DNA of 64,000 nucleotides, from the NCBI GenBank assembly GCA_965226185.1, contig CBDDCT010000005.1, forward strand, positions 416,647 to 480,646, in the 5' to 3' direction. The stretch is from Bryobacterales bacterium. Its GTDB lineage: Bacteria; Acidobacteriota; Terriglobia; Bryobacterales; UBA6623. Below are positions 1 through 9,031 of this stretch, in pieces. The translations under genes and the position numbers were made by a program. Positions within the stretch are counted from its first letter, which is position 1. The number at the start of each line of letters is the position of its first letter. The notes beneath the pieces were generated by a model. The model was not told where the DNA came from. It did not search any database and saw only the letters and a list, made by a program, of their open reading frames with translations.

Positions 1-2
1 AG

Positions 3-608
3 AACACCGGCAAACTGCTGCTGCCGGGCGCGCATATCTGGTGGGAGCTCCACTTCCATGCCGTGGGTAAAGCGCTTCGGGAGCATGCCGAACTCGCCAT
101 CTATCTCTATCCCAAAGGTGAAGAGCCCAAATACCGCACATACCTGATGGCGCTGCATGCCGCCAGGCGGATCAAGGGACAGATTCCGCTACTCGACATT
201 CCGCCCCACTCGGTCACCCAGACTCAGGGGTTCTACACCCTCAGACAGGCGGCGCGGTTCGAGAACTTCCAGCCGCACATGCACCTTCGCGGCAAGTCGA
301 TGTCGCTGGAAGCGATTCTGCCCGACGGCTCGCGGCGCGTGCTGAGCTCGGTCGACAATTTCACTTTCAACTGGATGACCAACTACATCTACGCGGACGA
401 GGCGGCGCCGGTCCTGCCGAAAGGAACGGTGATTGAGATTACCGCCCAGCATGACAACACGATTGCCAACCCGAACAATCCCGATCCGAGCCAGTGGGTG
501 GGATGGGGGGACCGTACGGTCGACGAGATGGCACACGCCTGGGTGAACATTACTTATCTGCCCGAGGAAGAGTATCAGAGGCTGGCCGCGGCGGGTCCAT
601 CGGAATAG
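3..608 (+). CDS. 5'-truncated copper type II ascorbate-dependent monooxygenase-like protein (C-terminal domain)
   Basis: Frame is open from the window edge (NTGKLLLPGAHIWWELHFH). It carries PHMHLRGKS and DEMAH, matching the H-x-H...M CuM site of the PHM/DBH C-terminal domain. Confidence 0.7.
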   Translation, partial: NTGKLLLPGAHIWWELHFHAVGKALREHAELAIYLYPKGEEPKYRTYLMALHAARRIKGQIPLLDIPPHSVTQTQGFYTLRQAARFENFQPHMHLRGKSMSLEAILPDGSRRVLSSVDNFTFNWMTNYIYADEAAPVLPKGTVIEITAQHDNTIANPNNPDPSQWVGWGDRTVDEMAHAWVNITYLPEEEYQRLAAAGPSE

Positions 609-612
609 TTGT

Positions 613-1509
613 TTGTCGGACCGCTCTCTTACCTGCGGAATTTCTAAAGTGCGGATGCACCCATCGACTGCCTGGGGCATGTGTCTGGGGATGGTCCTCT
701 CCAGTGCGCCGGCGATCGCCCAAAACGTCCCGGTCAGGCATCTGCACGACTCCGGACAGAGCATCACCGCCGCCTATGAAGGTTGGTTTCAAAACAAGGA
801 CGGCAGCTACAGTCTTCTCTTCGGCTATTACAACCGCAACGAAAAGCAAGTGCTTGACATTCCGGTCGGGCCGCAAAACCACATTGAGCCCGACGGCCTC
901 GATCAAGGCCAGCCGACCCATTTCCTGATCCGCCGCCAGTGGGGCGTTTTTACCGTGCGCGTCCCAAAAGATTTTGGCGACAAAAAGCTCACGTGGACGA
1001 TTACCGCCAACGACCAAACCACGACAGTGCCGGCGAGTCTCGACCCCCTGTGGGTGATCTCCCCAGTCCTCGACGCCGACGGCAACACACCACCCCTGAT
1101 TCGGCTGGAAGACGGAGGCCCTACCGGACAGGGGCCGCTTCCGATTGAAACCACCCTCGCCGCAACGGTGGGGGATCCGCTCGGGCTAAACGTCTGGGTG
1201 GGCGACGACGCAAGAATGATTCCTGGAATGCGCAAACGCAGCACTCCCCCAGTCATTCTGACCTGGAGCAAGTTCCGCGGACCCGGTGCGGTGGCCTTCG
1301 AGAACATTCATCCAGCGGTCGAAAACGAAGACCCGCCCGCCGCAAACACCGCTGTCAGCGGCCGCGCCACCACGACAGCAACGTTCAGCGAGCCGGGCGA
1401 GTACGTACTGGAAGTGGTAGCCAACGACTGGACCGGCCTAGGTGGCCGCGGTTCCCTCTGCTGCTGGACAAACGGCTTAGTGAAGGTCTCGGTGAAGACC
1501 GCCCCTTGA
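613..1509 (+). CDS. Exported hypothetical protein with a C-terminal PKD/Ig-like segment
   Basis: Signal-peptide-like segment (true start probably 655 or 679), a FGYYNRN motif and C-terminal WSKFRGPG...ATFSEPGEYVL. Lies 4 bp after the upstream gene. Confidence 0.7.
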   Translation: MSDRSLTCGISKVRMHPSTAWGMCLGMVLSSAPAIAQNVPVRHLHDSGQSITAAYEGWFQNKDGSYSLLFGYYNRNEKQVLDIPVGPQNHIEPDGLDQGQPTHFLIRRQWGVFTVRVPKDFGDKKLTWTITANDQTTTVPASLDPLWVISPVLDADGNTPPLIRLEDGGPTGQGPLPIETTLAATVGDPLGLNVWVGDDARMIPGMRKRSTPPVILTWSKFRGPGAVAFENIHPAVENEDPPAANTAVSGRATTTATFSEPGEYVLEVVANDWTGLGGRGSLCCWTNGLVKVSVKTAP

Positions 1510-1539
1510 TCGCCTGCCTCCCCTCGGTCGCCAGGCTCA

Positions 1540-1824
1540 TCATCTCGACTCCGGACGAAGCGGCCTCAGTTCCTGCTCGATTCGCTCCGCCAGAAACACT
1601 TTCATCAGCGACTGGTAGGGCACATCCCTGCGCTTGGCAAGCACCTTCAGTTGGTCGATCATCGACTGCGGCAACCGTACCGAAATGGTCTTCAGCGACG
1701 GTTTGAGGCTGGGGAGTAGTACGCGCCGAGCGGAGGACCAGTCGACGTGCTCGGTCGAGTCGTGCGAGGCCCAATAATTTCGCTCTTGGTCTTCGGTCTT
1801 AAACCTTGGAACGCCCTTTTTCAT
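1540..1824 (-). CDS. brnA: BrnA-family (CopG-like) antitoxin
   Basis: FKTEDQERNYWASHDSTE, then ribbon-helix-helix ISVRLPQSMIDQLKVLAKRRDVPYQSLMKVFL. Confidence 0.88.
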   Translation of the reverse strand: MKKGVPRFKTEDQERNYWASHDSTEHVDWSSARRVLLPSLKPSLKTISVRLPQSMIDQLKVLAKRRDVPYQSLMKVFLAERIEQELRPLRPESR

Positions 1825-1934
1825 GAAGCAGAATAAACCTTCCTTTCCTTGCGGCTCATATCCCGAGCCGAGATGACTCGAATCAGATCACGGCGCAACG
1901 TAAGAACGACAAACAGCAGCCGACCCGCTTCCGT
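1821..1934 (-). pseudogene. brnT: C-terminal half of a BrnT (DUF497) toxin
   Basis: Manual translation gives TEAGRLLFVVLTLRRDLIRVISARDMSRKERKVYSAS*. Its stop overlaps the brnA ATG (ATGA). No N-terminal half or start codon is present. Confidence 0.85.
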
Positions 1935-3254
1935 CTAGCCGCCCTCGAGCACGAACAGCCGCTTTCGTTTATCCCGCTCCGCGATGACCAGAACCGCTTG
2001 CCTGCCACGCCCGGCCAGAGCCTGCCGCAATGCCGCTACGTTTCGGGCTGTCCGACCGTTGACTAGCAGCACGCGGTCGCCCGCCTGAAGACCGGCGTTC
2101 TCGGCGGGGCTATCCGCCGCCACCGCCTCGATGACGAACCCGTTGGCGGCGCCTGCGAAGGCCAGCCCGCCGCTATTCGCATCTTCGGCCGAGGTCCCAG
2201 GCCGGCCGCGGGCGGAGAGCTCGAACGATCGCGAACGGGAGCCGCGGCGCACGCCAATCTCGATCAATTCGCGCGCCACGGGAAGAACCAGCGGCAACAA
2301 GTCATCGGCGTTGCCAACATCCCGTCCGTCGAGCGAAACGATGAAGTCGCCTGGCAGCATTCCAGCGCGGTCCGCCACATCCCCCGTCCACACCTCGCTC
2401 ACCTGCACGCCCTCGGAGGTGGTTGCCCCGAGCCCTGAGGAGCCTTCATCGGAGCCGCCCGCGCCGCGCTCGATCCGGAAGCCGTAGCGCTCGAGCAACT
2501 GCGATTCGAAGGAGTGCGCTTCTTGGATGGCGGCGGCGATTCTGTCCGCGGCCATGGCGGCGTAGCGATCGCCGCACTGGATGACCATCCCCACCAAATT
2601 TCCGTCCAGGTCGAACAACCCGCCTCCCAGCATGCCGTCAGCAAGGCTGATGTTCCAGGTGATTTCCGGAAATTGAAATTCGCCGCACGATGCAGACGCC
2701 AATCCCCCGTAGATTCCGGGAGCGAAACTGTATCGGCCATTCGGCAGTCGCGCCACCGCAATAAGCCAATCACCGGGGATCAGAAGATCGGGCGAGGCCG
2801 CGTTTACCGGCTGGAATACGGGGCTGGCAATGACTCGCAGCGAAACAACAGGATTGATCGGCGAGACGACGGCCGTTTGCGCCTGGGCCTCACCGGCGGT
2901 CTTCCCTTGCTGGGAGGTGCGGACTCGGCTTGCTGATGGAAACCCGCTTTCGGAAACCGCCGAGATAAGCGTTCCCTCGGTGTCCCAGCAAATGCCGCTC
3001 GAACCTGCATCCGTCAGATAGACCAGATGCCGGGCGGCATTGGCCGCGACGTCGGAAAAGTAGGCGGCCATGTTCTGGACCGTTCGCCTCTGCGCCAGTT
3101 GCTCCAGCCGAATCAACTCAGCCGGAGACGTAATCGCCTGCGACGACTGGTCGTTGCTCTTCTTCGGCCGGGCCCAAACGCCCAGAATCAGGATGAGACC
3201 GGCGGCTATGGCCAGCAGCAGTACATGCCTGCGATCGGTGCTTTCGGCCGGCAT
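1935..3254 (-). CDS. Membrane-anchored HtrA/S1C-like protein with two PDZ domains, catalytic residues degenerate
   Basis: N-terminal TM helix, a trypsin-like region with GMLGGGLFDLDGNLVG in place of GNSGGPL, and two PDZ motifs (ADRAGMLPGD, AENAGLQAGD). Confidence 0.8.
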   Translation of the reverse strand: MPAESTDRRHVLLLAIAAGLILILGVWARPKKSNDQSSQAITSPAELIRLEQLAQRRTVQNMAAYFSDVAANAARHLVYLTDAGSSGICWDTEGTLISAVSESGFPSASRVRTSQQGKTAGEAQAQTAVVSPINPVVSLRVIASPVFQPVNAASPDLLIPGDWLIAVARLPNGRYSFAPGIYGGLASASCGEFQFPEITWNISLADGMLGGGLFDLDGNLVGMVIQCGDRYAAMAADRIAAAIQEAHSFESQLLERYGFRIERGAGGSDEGSSGLGATTSEGVQVSEVWTGDVADRAGMLPGDFIVSLDGRDVGNADDLLPLVLPVARELIEIGVRRGSRSRSFELSARGRPGTSAEDANSGGLAFAGAANGFVIEAVAADSPAENAGLQAGDRVLLVNGRTARNVAALRQALAGRGRQAVLVIAERDKRKRLFVLEGG

Positions 3255-3404
3255 AGGTCGCGACGCGGACGGACGGTGGAGGGAGTTCCGGAACGGCGAG
3301 ACGGGTCTCGCGAGCCATGGTTCCCATTCAACGGTATTGTGTCCGCGTAATAGGCTTATTCTCCCATACGGGTCACGCCCGGGGGGCCGTTGGCGCTGCT
3401 GGAA

Positions 3405-3589
3405 CTAGCCCGTATTTCTCATCGGCTGGCGGGCCAAGCACACGACAGGCCCGCCACTACTTCGTTGCGCTTGCTCGCCGTGCTCACCGTACTGTTTAAG
3501 TGCGCCTCCGCGCGCCAAGCGGCGCGCGCCTCGTACTGACGGGCCTCTCATGCACTTTGCCTCGCCGCCCGATGAGAAATGCGGGCTGG
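3405..3589. mobile_element. ~185-bp MITE, copy 1
   Basis: Ends CTAG-CCCGTATTTCTC ... GAGAAATGCGGG-CTGG. Colinear and similar over its full length to 33690-33873. Non-coding. Confidence 0.85.
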
Positions 3590-3685
3590 AGTAAGACAGT
3601 GATCCCGTCAAGACTTCGCCCGGAGGCCGGCAGCCGCGTTCACGCGGCTAATCCTCGATATGTTGCCGCGCCCCGGGACAGACTC

Positions 3686-4903
3686 CTAGGCGTCGAAACT
3701 GGGCACGCGGAGTTGCTCGCCGCTCTTGAGAGAGGACTGATGCGCGACAATCCCCGGCGCCGTCATGGCCAGCGACTCATACACATCGACGGCCGGCTCG
3801 CGGTCTTCAACCAAGGCGTTGATGAACTCGGCCGTCAGGAACGTGTGGCTGCCGTCGTGGCCGCTTGCGTGCCGCATCGCTTCCGGCAGCATATCGCTTT
3901 TCCAATAGTCGGGAATATCGAGCTTGTCCGGGTCGGCATGTCTGTCCAAAACGGTGGAGCGGGGGACCCACGTGTCGGGATAGAGACCGCCGACCTCCAT
4001 GTGCAGGGTTCCCTGATCGCCGAACCAGCGGGCGCGCTCCCCGTGCGCCCCGGCCAGCCAGAAAACATTACAGCGCACCATGTGGCCGCGATCGGTTTGC
4101 ATCAGCGCGGACTGGCACCAGTAGGGATTGCCGTAGCGGTTGTCGGTCAGCAGGGGGTGATCTTGGCCCCAGCCCAGGCACGACACGCGCGCGATACGTT
4201 CGCGGCTGACGCCCACCAGCAATCCCAGGCAGTGCGTCGGATAGTGCATCGGCGGCAAGCCCCAGCGCCAGGAGCGTGACCCGTCGGGGTTGTAGTGCCT
4301 TGTCGATTTATCCGTCAGGATCTTTTGAAGATCCCCCCGGTCGTGGTAGTACTCCAGCTCGCTATAGAAGAGCTCGCCGAAGCCCTGCTTGTTGTAGAGA
4401 TTGCGGGCATAGATACAGGCCTGGCGGTAATAGCTGGTTTCGGCCATCATGTAGCGCAGACCGGTTTCCTGTTTGAGGGAGCGAAGCTTAGCGGCCTCGT
4501 CGAGCGACATGACGGCGGGAACAGCCGAGATGACGTGCAGCCCGCGCTTCATGCACATCTCCACGTGGCGGTAATGATCGGGCGCCCCGCTGAACACGGC
4601 CACCGCGTCGAGGTCCCGCTGCTTGCCGAGCATTTCCTCGAGGGATGCGTAAAAGGTGTCGCAGCGATAGGTGTCGCGCAGTCTTTTGCGGCGGTCCTCT
4701 CGCAGGTCGGTGACGGCAGCGACGATGCAGTTGGGATGCTCGTGCCAGTAAAAGGAAGTTCCGAAGCCGCCGCCGACCACTCCGATGCGGATCTTTTTCG
4801 ATGAGCCGGCGGGCGCCGCCGATCCTGCAGCCGCGGAAGCCGCGCTCGTCAGGGCCGCCGCTCCGAATCCAGCCTGCCCCATGAAACTACGTCTTGTCAT
4901 CAT
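3686..4903 (-). CDS. Gfo/Idh/MocA family oxidoreductase, Tat-exported
   Basis: TRRSFM Tat motif, IRIGVVGGGFG NAD-binding motif, YPTH and GHDGSH motifs. Confidence 0.9.
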   Translation of the reverse strand: MMTRRSFMGQAGFGAAALTSAASAAAGSAAPAGSSKKIRIGVVGGGFGTSFYWHEHPNCIVAAVTDLREDRRKRLRDTYRCDTFYASLEEMLGKQRDLDAVAVFSGAPDHYRHVEMCMKRGLHVISAVPAVMSLDEAAKLRSLKQETGLRYMMAETSYYRQACIYARNLYNKQGFGELFYSELEYYHDRGDLQKILTDKSTRHYNPDGSRSWRWGLPPMHYPTHCLGLLVGVSRERIARVSCLGWGQDHPLLTDNRYGNPYWCQSALMQTDRGHMVRCNVFWLAGAHGERARWFGDQGTLHMEVGGLYPDTWVPRSTVLDRHADPDKLDIPDYWKSDMLPEAMRHASGHDGSHTFLTAEFINALVEDREPAVDVYESLAMTAPGIVAHQSSLKSGEQLRVPSFDA

Positions 4904-4927
4904 GGCGATCCTCCCTGCTTTATCAGC

Positions 4928-6058
4928 CTAACCGATGCGGTACTTCTCGATCGCGTCGTCGTCGAGCGTAACACCGAGGCCTGGTTTGGTGGGCACTTCG
5001 TAGAATCCTTCCTTCATGGTGAACGGTTCACTCATCAAATCGTCTTCCAGAACGTGGGTCACGCTGATGGTGTATTCGATGCCGGGGAACGCGGCCGCTT
5101 GGTGCGCCTGGAAGACTTGGTTCACTCCCGAGTGAATACTGTGCTCGACCCACAAGGGGATCTTGGTTACTTCTGCCATTAACGCCCGCTGTACCAGAGT
5201 TTTTCCAAGCGGTCCTCCCACGACGAAGGCGCTGAGGAGGCCCTCGCGCACAAAAGGCATGGGGTCGGCGGGCATGTGTTCGCTCACCTGTAGCGCGACC
5301 TTGCCCTTCAGCTCCCGGTACCCGCCGATTTTCTCCCGGCGGATTGGCGACTCGATCGCGAAGTAGTTGTGGAACTTCTCCAGGCGCTCGGCGAAAAAGA
5401 GCGTGCGGCCGACCGATCCCCACCAGGCATTGGCATCCACCCAGACTCGCATGTCCCGCGGAATCGCGCCGCAGATGGCGGCGGCTTGTTCGATGGGGTC
5501 TTCCCAGGGCCGGGCCTTCACTTTGTGGACGCGATAACCCAGCTCGGCCCCGCGTTTCGGCTCGGAGGCCATCAGATCCGGGGGAAAGCATTGGCTCCAC
5601 CAGGTTTGCTGGATGTGGGTTTTCACGGCCGGCGAGAAGAGCCGCGAAACCGGCAGCCCTAGTATTTTCCCAACCAGATCGTAGACGGCAACCAAAATGC
5701 CTCCCAAGCGGTCGTCTCCCAGATACTCCCAGGGCGAATGCCCCGTCATTTGCTCCAACAGTTCCTTGGCCTGTTCCGCGGGCATCATGGCGTCGCCGAT
5801 TCCGGTCACCCCGGCGTCGGTCTTGACACGGACGATGATCGGCTCGTAGTGCGTTTGAAAACGGTTTTGGCGGAAGAAGCTGGCCTGCCAGGCTTCACGG
5901 ACGCGCTCGTCCATCGGCACGCGAGTGGAGATTAGTTCGAACCCGCTGATACGGATTTTTTGAATTGAGGGAGTTGCGGCCCCTGGCAACGAGGCGGCCA
6001 AAGGCAGTGCGGCCGCTCCGCCGGCCACCCGCCGGATTAGTTCACGCCGTGTGGGCAT
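4928..6058 (-). CDS. Mandelate racemase/muconate lactonizing enzyme (enolase superfamily), Tat-like signal
   Basis: TRRELIRR, VKTDAGVTGIG, HKVKAR, VDANAWW, and C-terminal PTKPGLGVTLDDDAIEKYR. Confidence 0.88.
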   Translation of the reverse strand: MPTRRELIRRVAGGAAALPLAASLPGAATPSIQKIRISGFELISTRVPMDERVREAWQASFFRQNRFQTHYEPIIVRVKTDAGVTGIGDAMMPAEQAKELLEQMTGHSPWEYLGDDRLGGILVAVYDLVGKILGLPVSRLFSPAVKTHIQQTWWSQCFPPDLMASEPKRGAELGYRVHKVKARPWEDPIEQAAAICGAIPRDMRVWVDANAWWGSVGRTLFFAERLEKFHNYFAIESPIRREKIGGYRELKGKVALQVSEHMPADPMPFVREGLLSAFVVGGPLGKTLVQRALMAEVTKIPLWVEHSIHSGVNQVFQAHQAAAFPGIEYTISVTHVLEDDLMSEPFTMKEGFYEVPTKPGLGVTLDDDAIEKYRIG

Positions 6059-6137
6059 AGCTCATTTCACGTCCGATCGTCGTCTATAGTGTAGCGGCGT
6101 GGAGGACGAGCTTCATGCAGGCGCGGACAGATTCTTG

Positions 6138-7346
6138 TCAGGAACTCTCTTCGATGAGCCGGAAGACCTCCTGGTCCCATTCGTAAAGCTCGCGAAGTTC
6201 CACTTTGGGCGTTGACGGCTCGATCACTTTGCCGCCGCGCACCAAGAACGACGGCACGATCTTTTGAGAACCCTTCTCAATCCGGCAGTGCGTGTCTTCG
6301 AAGTCAAATGCGCCATCCTCAATTTCGAACACAAAAATGTCGGCTACCGTGCCCACTCGCAATGTCCCCAGCTCGTCCTCGCGGCGGATCGCTTTTGCCG
6401 GATTCCAGGTTGACTTGAGAATAACTTCCTCCAGCGACATCCCTAGATGCAGGAACTTGGACATCGTCGTCGGCATGTCGAAGGCGAATCGTTCGACCGA
6501 GAAGCGGTGAAGGTCGGTGCTGATCGTGTCGGGCAAGAAGAAGTACTCGAAAGCTTTCTTCGCGGTTTCAAAACTGAAGCTGCCGCAGCCGTGTCCCACG
6601 TCGAACAGGACACCGTTGCGCCGAGCCGCCAGAGCCTCGGGGATGATGGAATCGTCCGCCAGAATCGTGTCGCCGCGGCCTTGGTAGCAATGCGTAATGA
6701 CGTCGCCCGGCCGAAGCCGGCGCAGGATGCCGGGCGTATCGGCTCCTTTCGCAAAGTGAACCATCATGGGGACGCCGATCGCCTCGGCGGCCTCGAGCGA
6801 CAGGGCCAGAGCTTGCTTGCCGTTGGCGCCTGACATTCTCTCGCCGATCCGAACCTTGACGCCCAAAAGGACCTCGCGGTGTTTCTCGATAAGAGCCGCT
6901 GTTTCTTTCGGCCGCGCATAACGAATGTCGAAAAGCTCGCCCACGACCGCGGCGGGAATTCCAATCGCCGAGATATTCAGGTAAGCCAGCAGTTGAACTT
7001 CCGAGGCTTCAAGGCGGTCGCGGCGAAACTCGTCGAAGTTCAGGAAGCCCGTCGTACCCGCGTCAACAGCGGTGGTAACGCCTGTCTTCAGGCAGATCGC
7101 GGGATCGATGCCGAACGTGCTGCCGCCGTACCAGTGCCCGTGGAGGTCGATCAGGCCGGGACTCAGATATTTCCCGCTGAGGTCACGCACATCCGACGCC
7201 GGACCGGCGCCCAGCGACTCCCCGATGGCCGCTATCTTGCCGCCGCTGACCCCGACATCGAGCACTGCGTTGATGTTTTGTGAAGGATCGATCACGCGCG
7301 CGTTGCGCAGGACCAAGTCAAGCGTGGGATTCAGGTTGTCGGGCAC
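6138..7346 (-). CDS. Amidohydrolase/dihydroorotase-like metallohydrolase
   Basis: PGLIDLHGH, GVKVR, MVHF, THCY, DVGHG and ISTDLH motifs. GTG start at 7346 chosen to avoid overlap with vapC. Confidence 0.88.
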   Translation of the reverse strand: MPDNLNPTLDLVLRNARVIDPSQNINAVLDVGVSGGKIAAIGESLGAGPASDVRDLSGKYLSPGLIDLHGHWYGGSTFGIDPAICLKTGVTTAVDAGTTGFLNFDEFRRDRLEASEVQLLAYLNISAIGIPAAVVGELFDIRYARPKETAALIEKHREVLLGVKVRIGERMSGANGKQALALSLEAAEAIGVPMMVHFAKGADTPGILRRLRPGDVITHCYQGRGDTILADDSIIPEALAARRNGVLFDVGHGCGSFSFETAKKAFEYFFLPDTISTDLHRFSVERFAFDMPTTMSKFLHLGMSLEEVILKSTWNPAKAIRREDELGTLRVGTVADIFVFEIEDGAFDFEDTHCRIEKGSQKIVPSFLVRGGKVIEPSTPKVELRELYEWDQEVFRLIEESS

Positions 7347-7386
7347 GGTTCGGGTGGCTCCATCTCTAACAAGGAAGACGCGGCTG

Positions 7387-7812
7387 CTACAGTGGACAAT
7401 TCTCGATCCCGGCAATGAACTGAATGCCCGGCACGTTCTTCGAACCAAGCCGCCGGTCGTTCGTTACGAAGAGGTCGACACTCGCTTGGGCCGCGCAGGC
7501 TAACTGCATTGCGTCCGTCCGGCTGATGGTCCGATCCGTACGTATGCCCGCATAGATCTCGCCGCATTCCGCCTCGAATGGGATGACTTTCACTAGCGGT
7601 GGCCGAAGGATTGATTTATACTCGCGGATCATGTCTTGATCACCCTTGACGGTTGGACCGACTAGCGCTTCTCCAACCGTAAGTGCGCTCGTGCACAGAT
7701 CGTCCCGCCGGGCGAGCATCCGAGCGCGAATAGCCTGGACTTGCGGACTAAACAGGGGATGCTCCTCCACCAGATAAATGAACAGGTTGGTGTCCCAAAA
7801 GATTAGGCTCAT
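7387..7812 (-). CDS. vapC: PIN-domain (VapC-like) toxin
   Basis: IFWDTNLFIY, TVGEAL, TDAMQLACA, FVTNDRRL: the acidic PIN active site is intact. Confidence 0.92.
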   Translation of the reverse strand: MSLIFWDTNLFIYLVEEHPLFSPQVQAIRARMLARRDDLCTSALTVGEALVGPTVKGDQDMIREYKSILRPPLVKVIPFEAECGEIYAGIRTDRTISRTDAMQLACAAQASVDLFVTNDRRLGSKNVPGIQFIAGIENCPL

Positions 7813-7837
7813 AAGCTGGCCGCTAGGTCGTTGCTAG

Positions 7838-8041
7838 TTAAAGAAGACAGTATCGGCCACGACCAGTCCGACCGAACCTTTCTGTCTCTCCGCCAGGATT
7901 GCGGACTCGGTGTTTAGGCAAGAAGGTGCCAGCCCAGTGGATCCCAAGCTCCCGGTTGACCGCACCGGGCGTAAAGTCGTCCCCGTTCAACCGGCCAGCT
8001 GCCACGGCCTCGCGAATTCTCCTCATTGTGTCCCGTTCCAT
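7838..8041 (-). CDS. 67-aa hypothetical protein
   Basis: Purine-rich RBS (AGGAAGGGAAG). Lies between the tandem-domain gene and vapC. Ends FGRTGRGRYCL, a winged-helix wing-like motif. Confidence 0.65.
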   Translation of the reverse strand: MERDTMRRIREAVAAGRLNGDDFTPGAVNRELGIHWAGTFLPKHRVRNPGGETERFGRTGRGRYCLL

Positions 8042-8068
8042 TTTCTTCCCTTCCTGTCAAAAAACAAC

Positions 8069-9019
8069 CTACTCTGCAGGGCGATCATCACTCGCTTTGC
8101 TGTTCGAATCTTTCTCCCATGGTGGAGGTGTGACCGTGTCCGCGCGCAGCCAGGCAATGACCGCGTCGCCTCCCCCAAGCTCTCGCCAGAGTTCTTTTCC
8201 GAGCCCCTTGAGCTTCATGATAGGATCATTCTCTATCGTCAACTCCTCCGGCTCAACGTTCTGAGAGCGATACCAATCAACCAGGTGCCGGTATTCGCGC
8301 GGCAGAGTATCCTTCCCCGGCACTACCTTCCCTTTTTCTCTTTTTGGGTGATAATCATCGCTCCCGCGAAACAGCCGATACTTGCCATCGGTGGTGCGAT
8401 AAAGCATTCTGTAGCGGCCCGAGGCAGGTTCAAGGTTGGCCACGCAGTGGCTGTAGATGTGCGGCAACACACCCGCCCGGCATGGTTCGCCGGGATGCAT
8501 TTTTTCCGCTCTTGCGACGACCTCCGCGGCATCGAATCCTTCACGGGAAGGCTGTTCGCGATGGAGCAAAGCGGTCGCAACCCAGACTTCGTCGGCAACC
8601 TTTAGCCGCTGCTGGTCAGAGGAGACCGAATCCCCGTTAGCTACTGCGGTATGAACTGTCCTGTAGTTATTGATATACCAGTCAGCCAAGTGCCAATACT
8701 GCCGCGGCAAGGCATCGCGAATCGGCATCGATCTGCCCCTCGATCGATCTGGATGACAGTCGTCTCCGTCGCGGAACAGTCGAAAAGTTCCATCCGCGTT
8801 TCGGTAGAGCATCCGCAGGCGGTTGGGGCTGGGTTTTCGATTGGCAACACAATGCCCCGAGATGTGGGCCCTCATACCTGGACGGCAAGGGACGTCTGGA
8901 TGCAACGATTGCGCTCGCTGAAGAATCTCGCTGCTTCGAAACCCTGCTCGTAGCGGGTAGTCTTGATGTTGCAGTGCAAGCGCTACCCACACCTCGTCAG
9001 CCACCTTTAATTCGTTCAT
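8069..9019 (-). CDS. Tandem-duplicated domain protein with a VapB-like C-terminal tail (putative antitoxin/regulator)
   Basis: Two ~120-aa repeats, each starting LKVADEVWVA and containing HCVAN...RMLYR...RLFR..DD.HP...DWY. Tail DPIMKLKGLGKELW. AGGAGG RBS. Confidence 0.85.
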   Translation of the reverse strand: MNELKVADEVWVALALQHQDYPLRAGFRSSEILQRAQSLHPDVPCRPGMRAHISGHCVANRKPSPNRLRMLYRNADGTFRLFRDGDDCHPDRSRGRSMPIRDALPRQYWHLADWYINNYRTVHTAVANGDSVSSDQQRLKVADEVWVATALLHREQPSREGFDAAEVVARAEKMHPGEPCRAGVLPHIYSHCVANLEPASGRYRMLYRTTDGKYRLFRGSDDYHPKREKGKVVPGKDTLPREYRHLVDWYRSQNVEPEELTIENDPIMKLKGLGKELWRELGGGDAVIAWLRADTVTPPPWEKDSNSKASDDRPAE

Positions 9020-9031
9020 GAGAAGCCTCCT

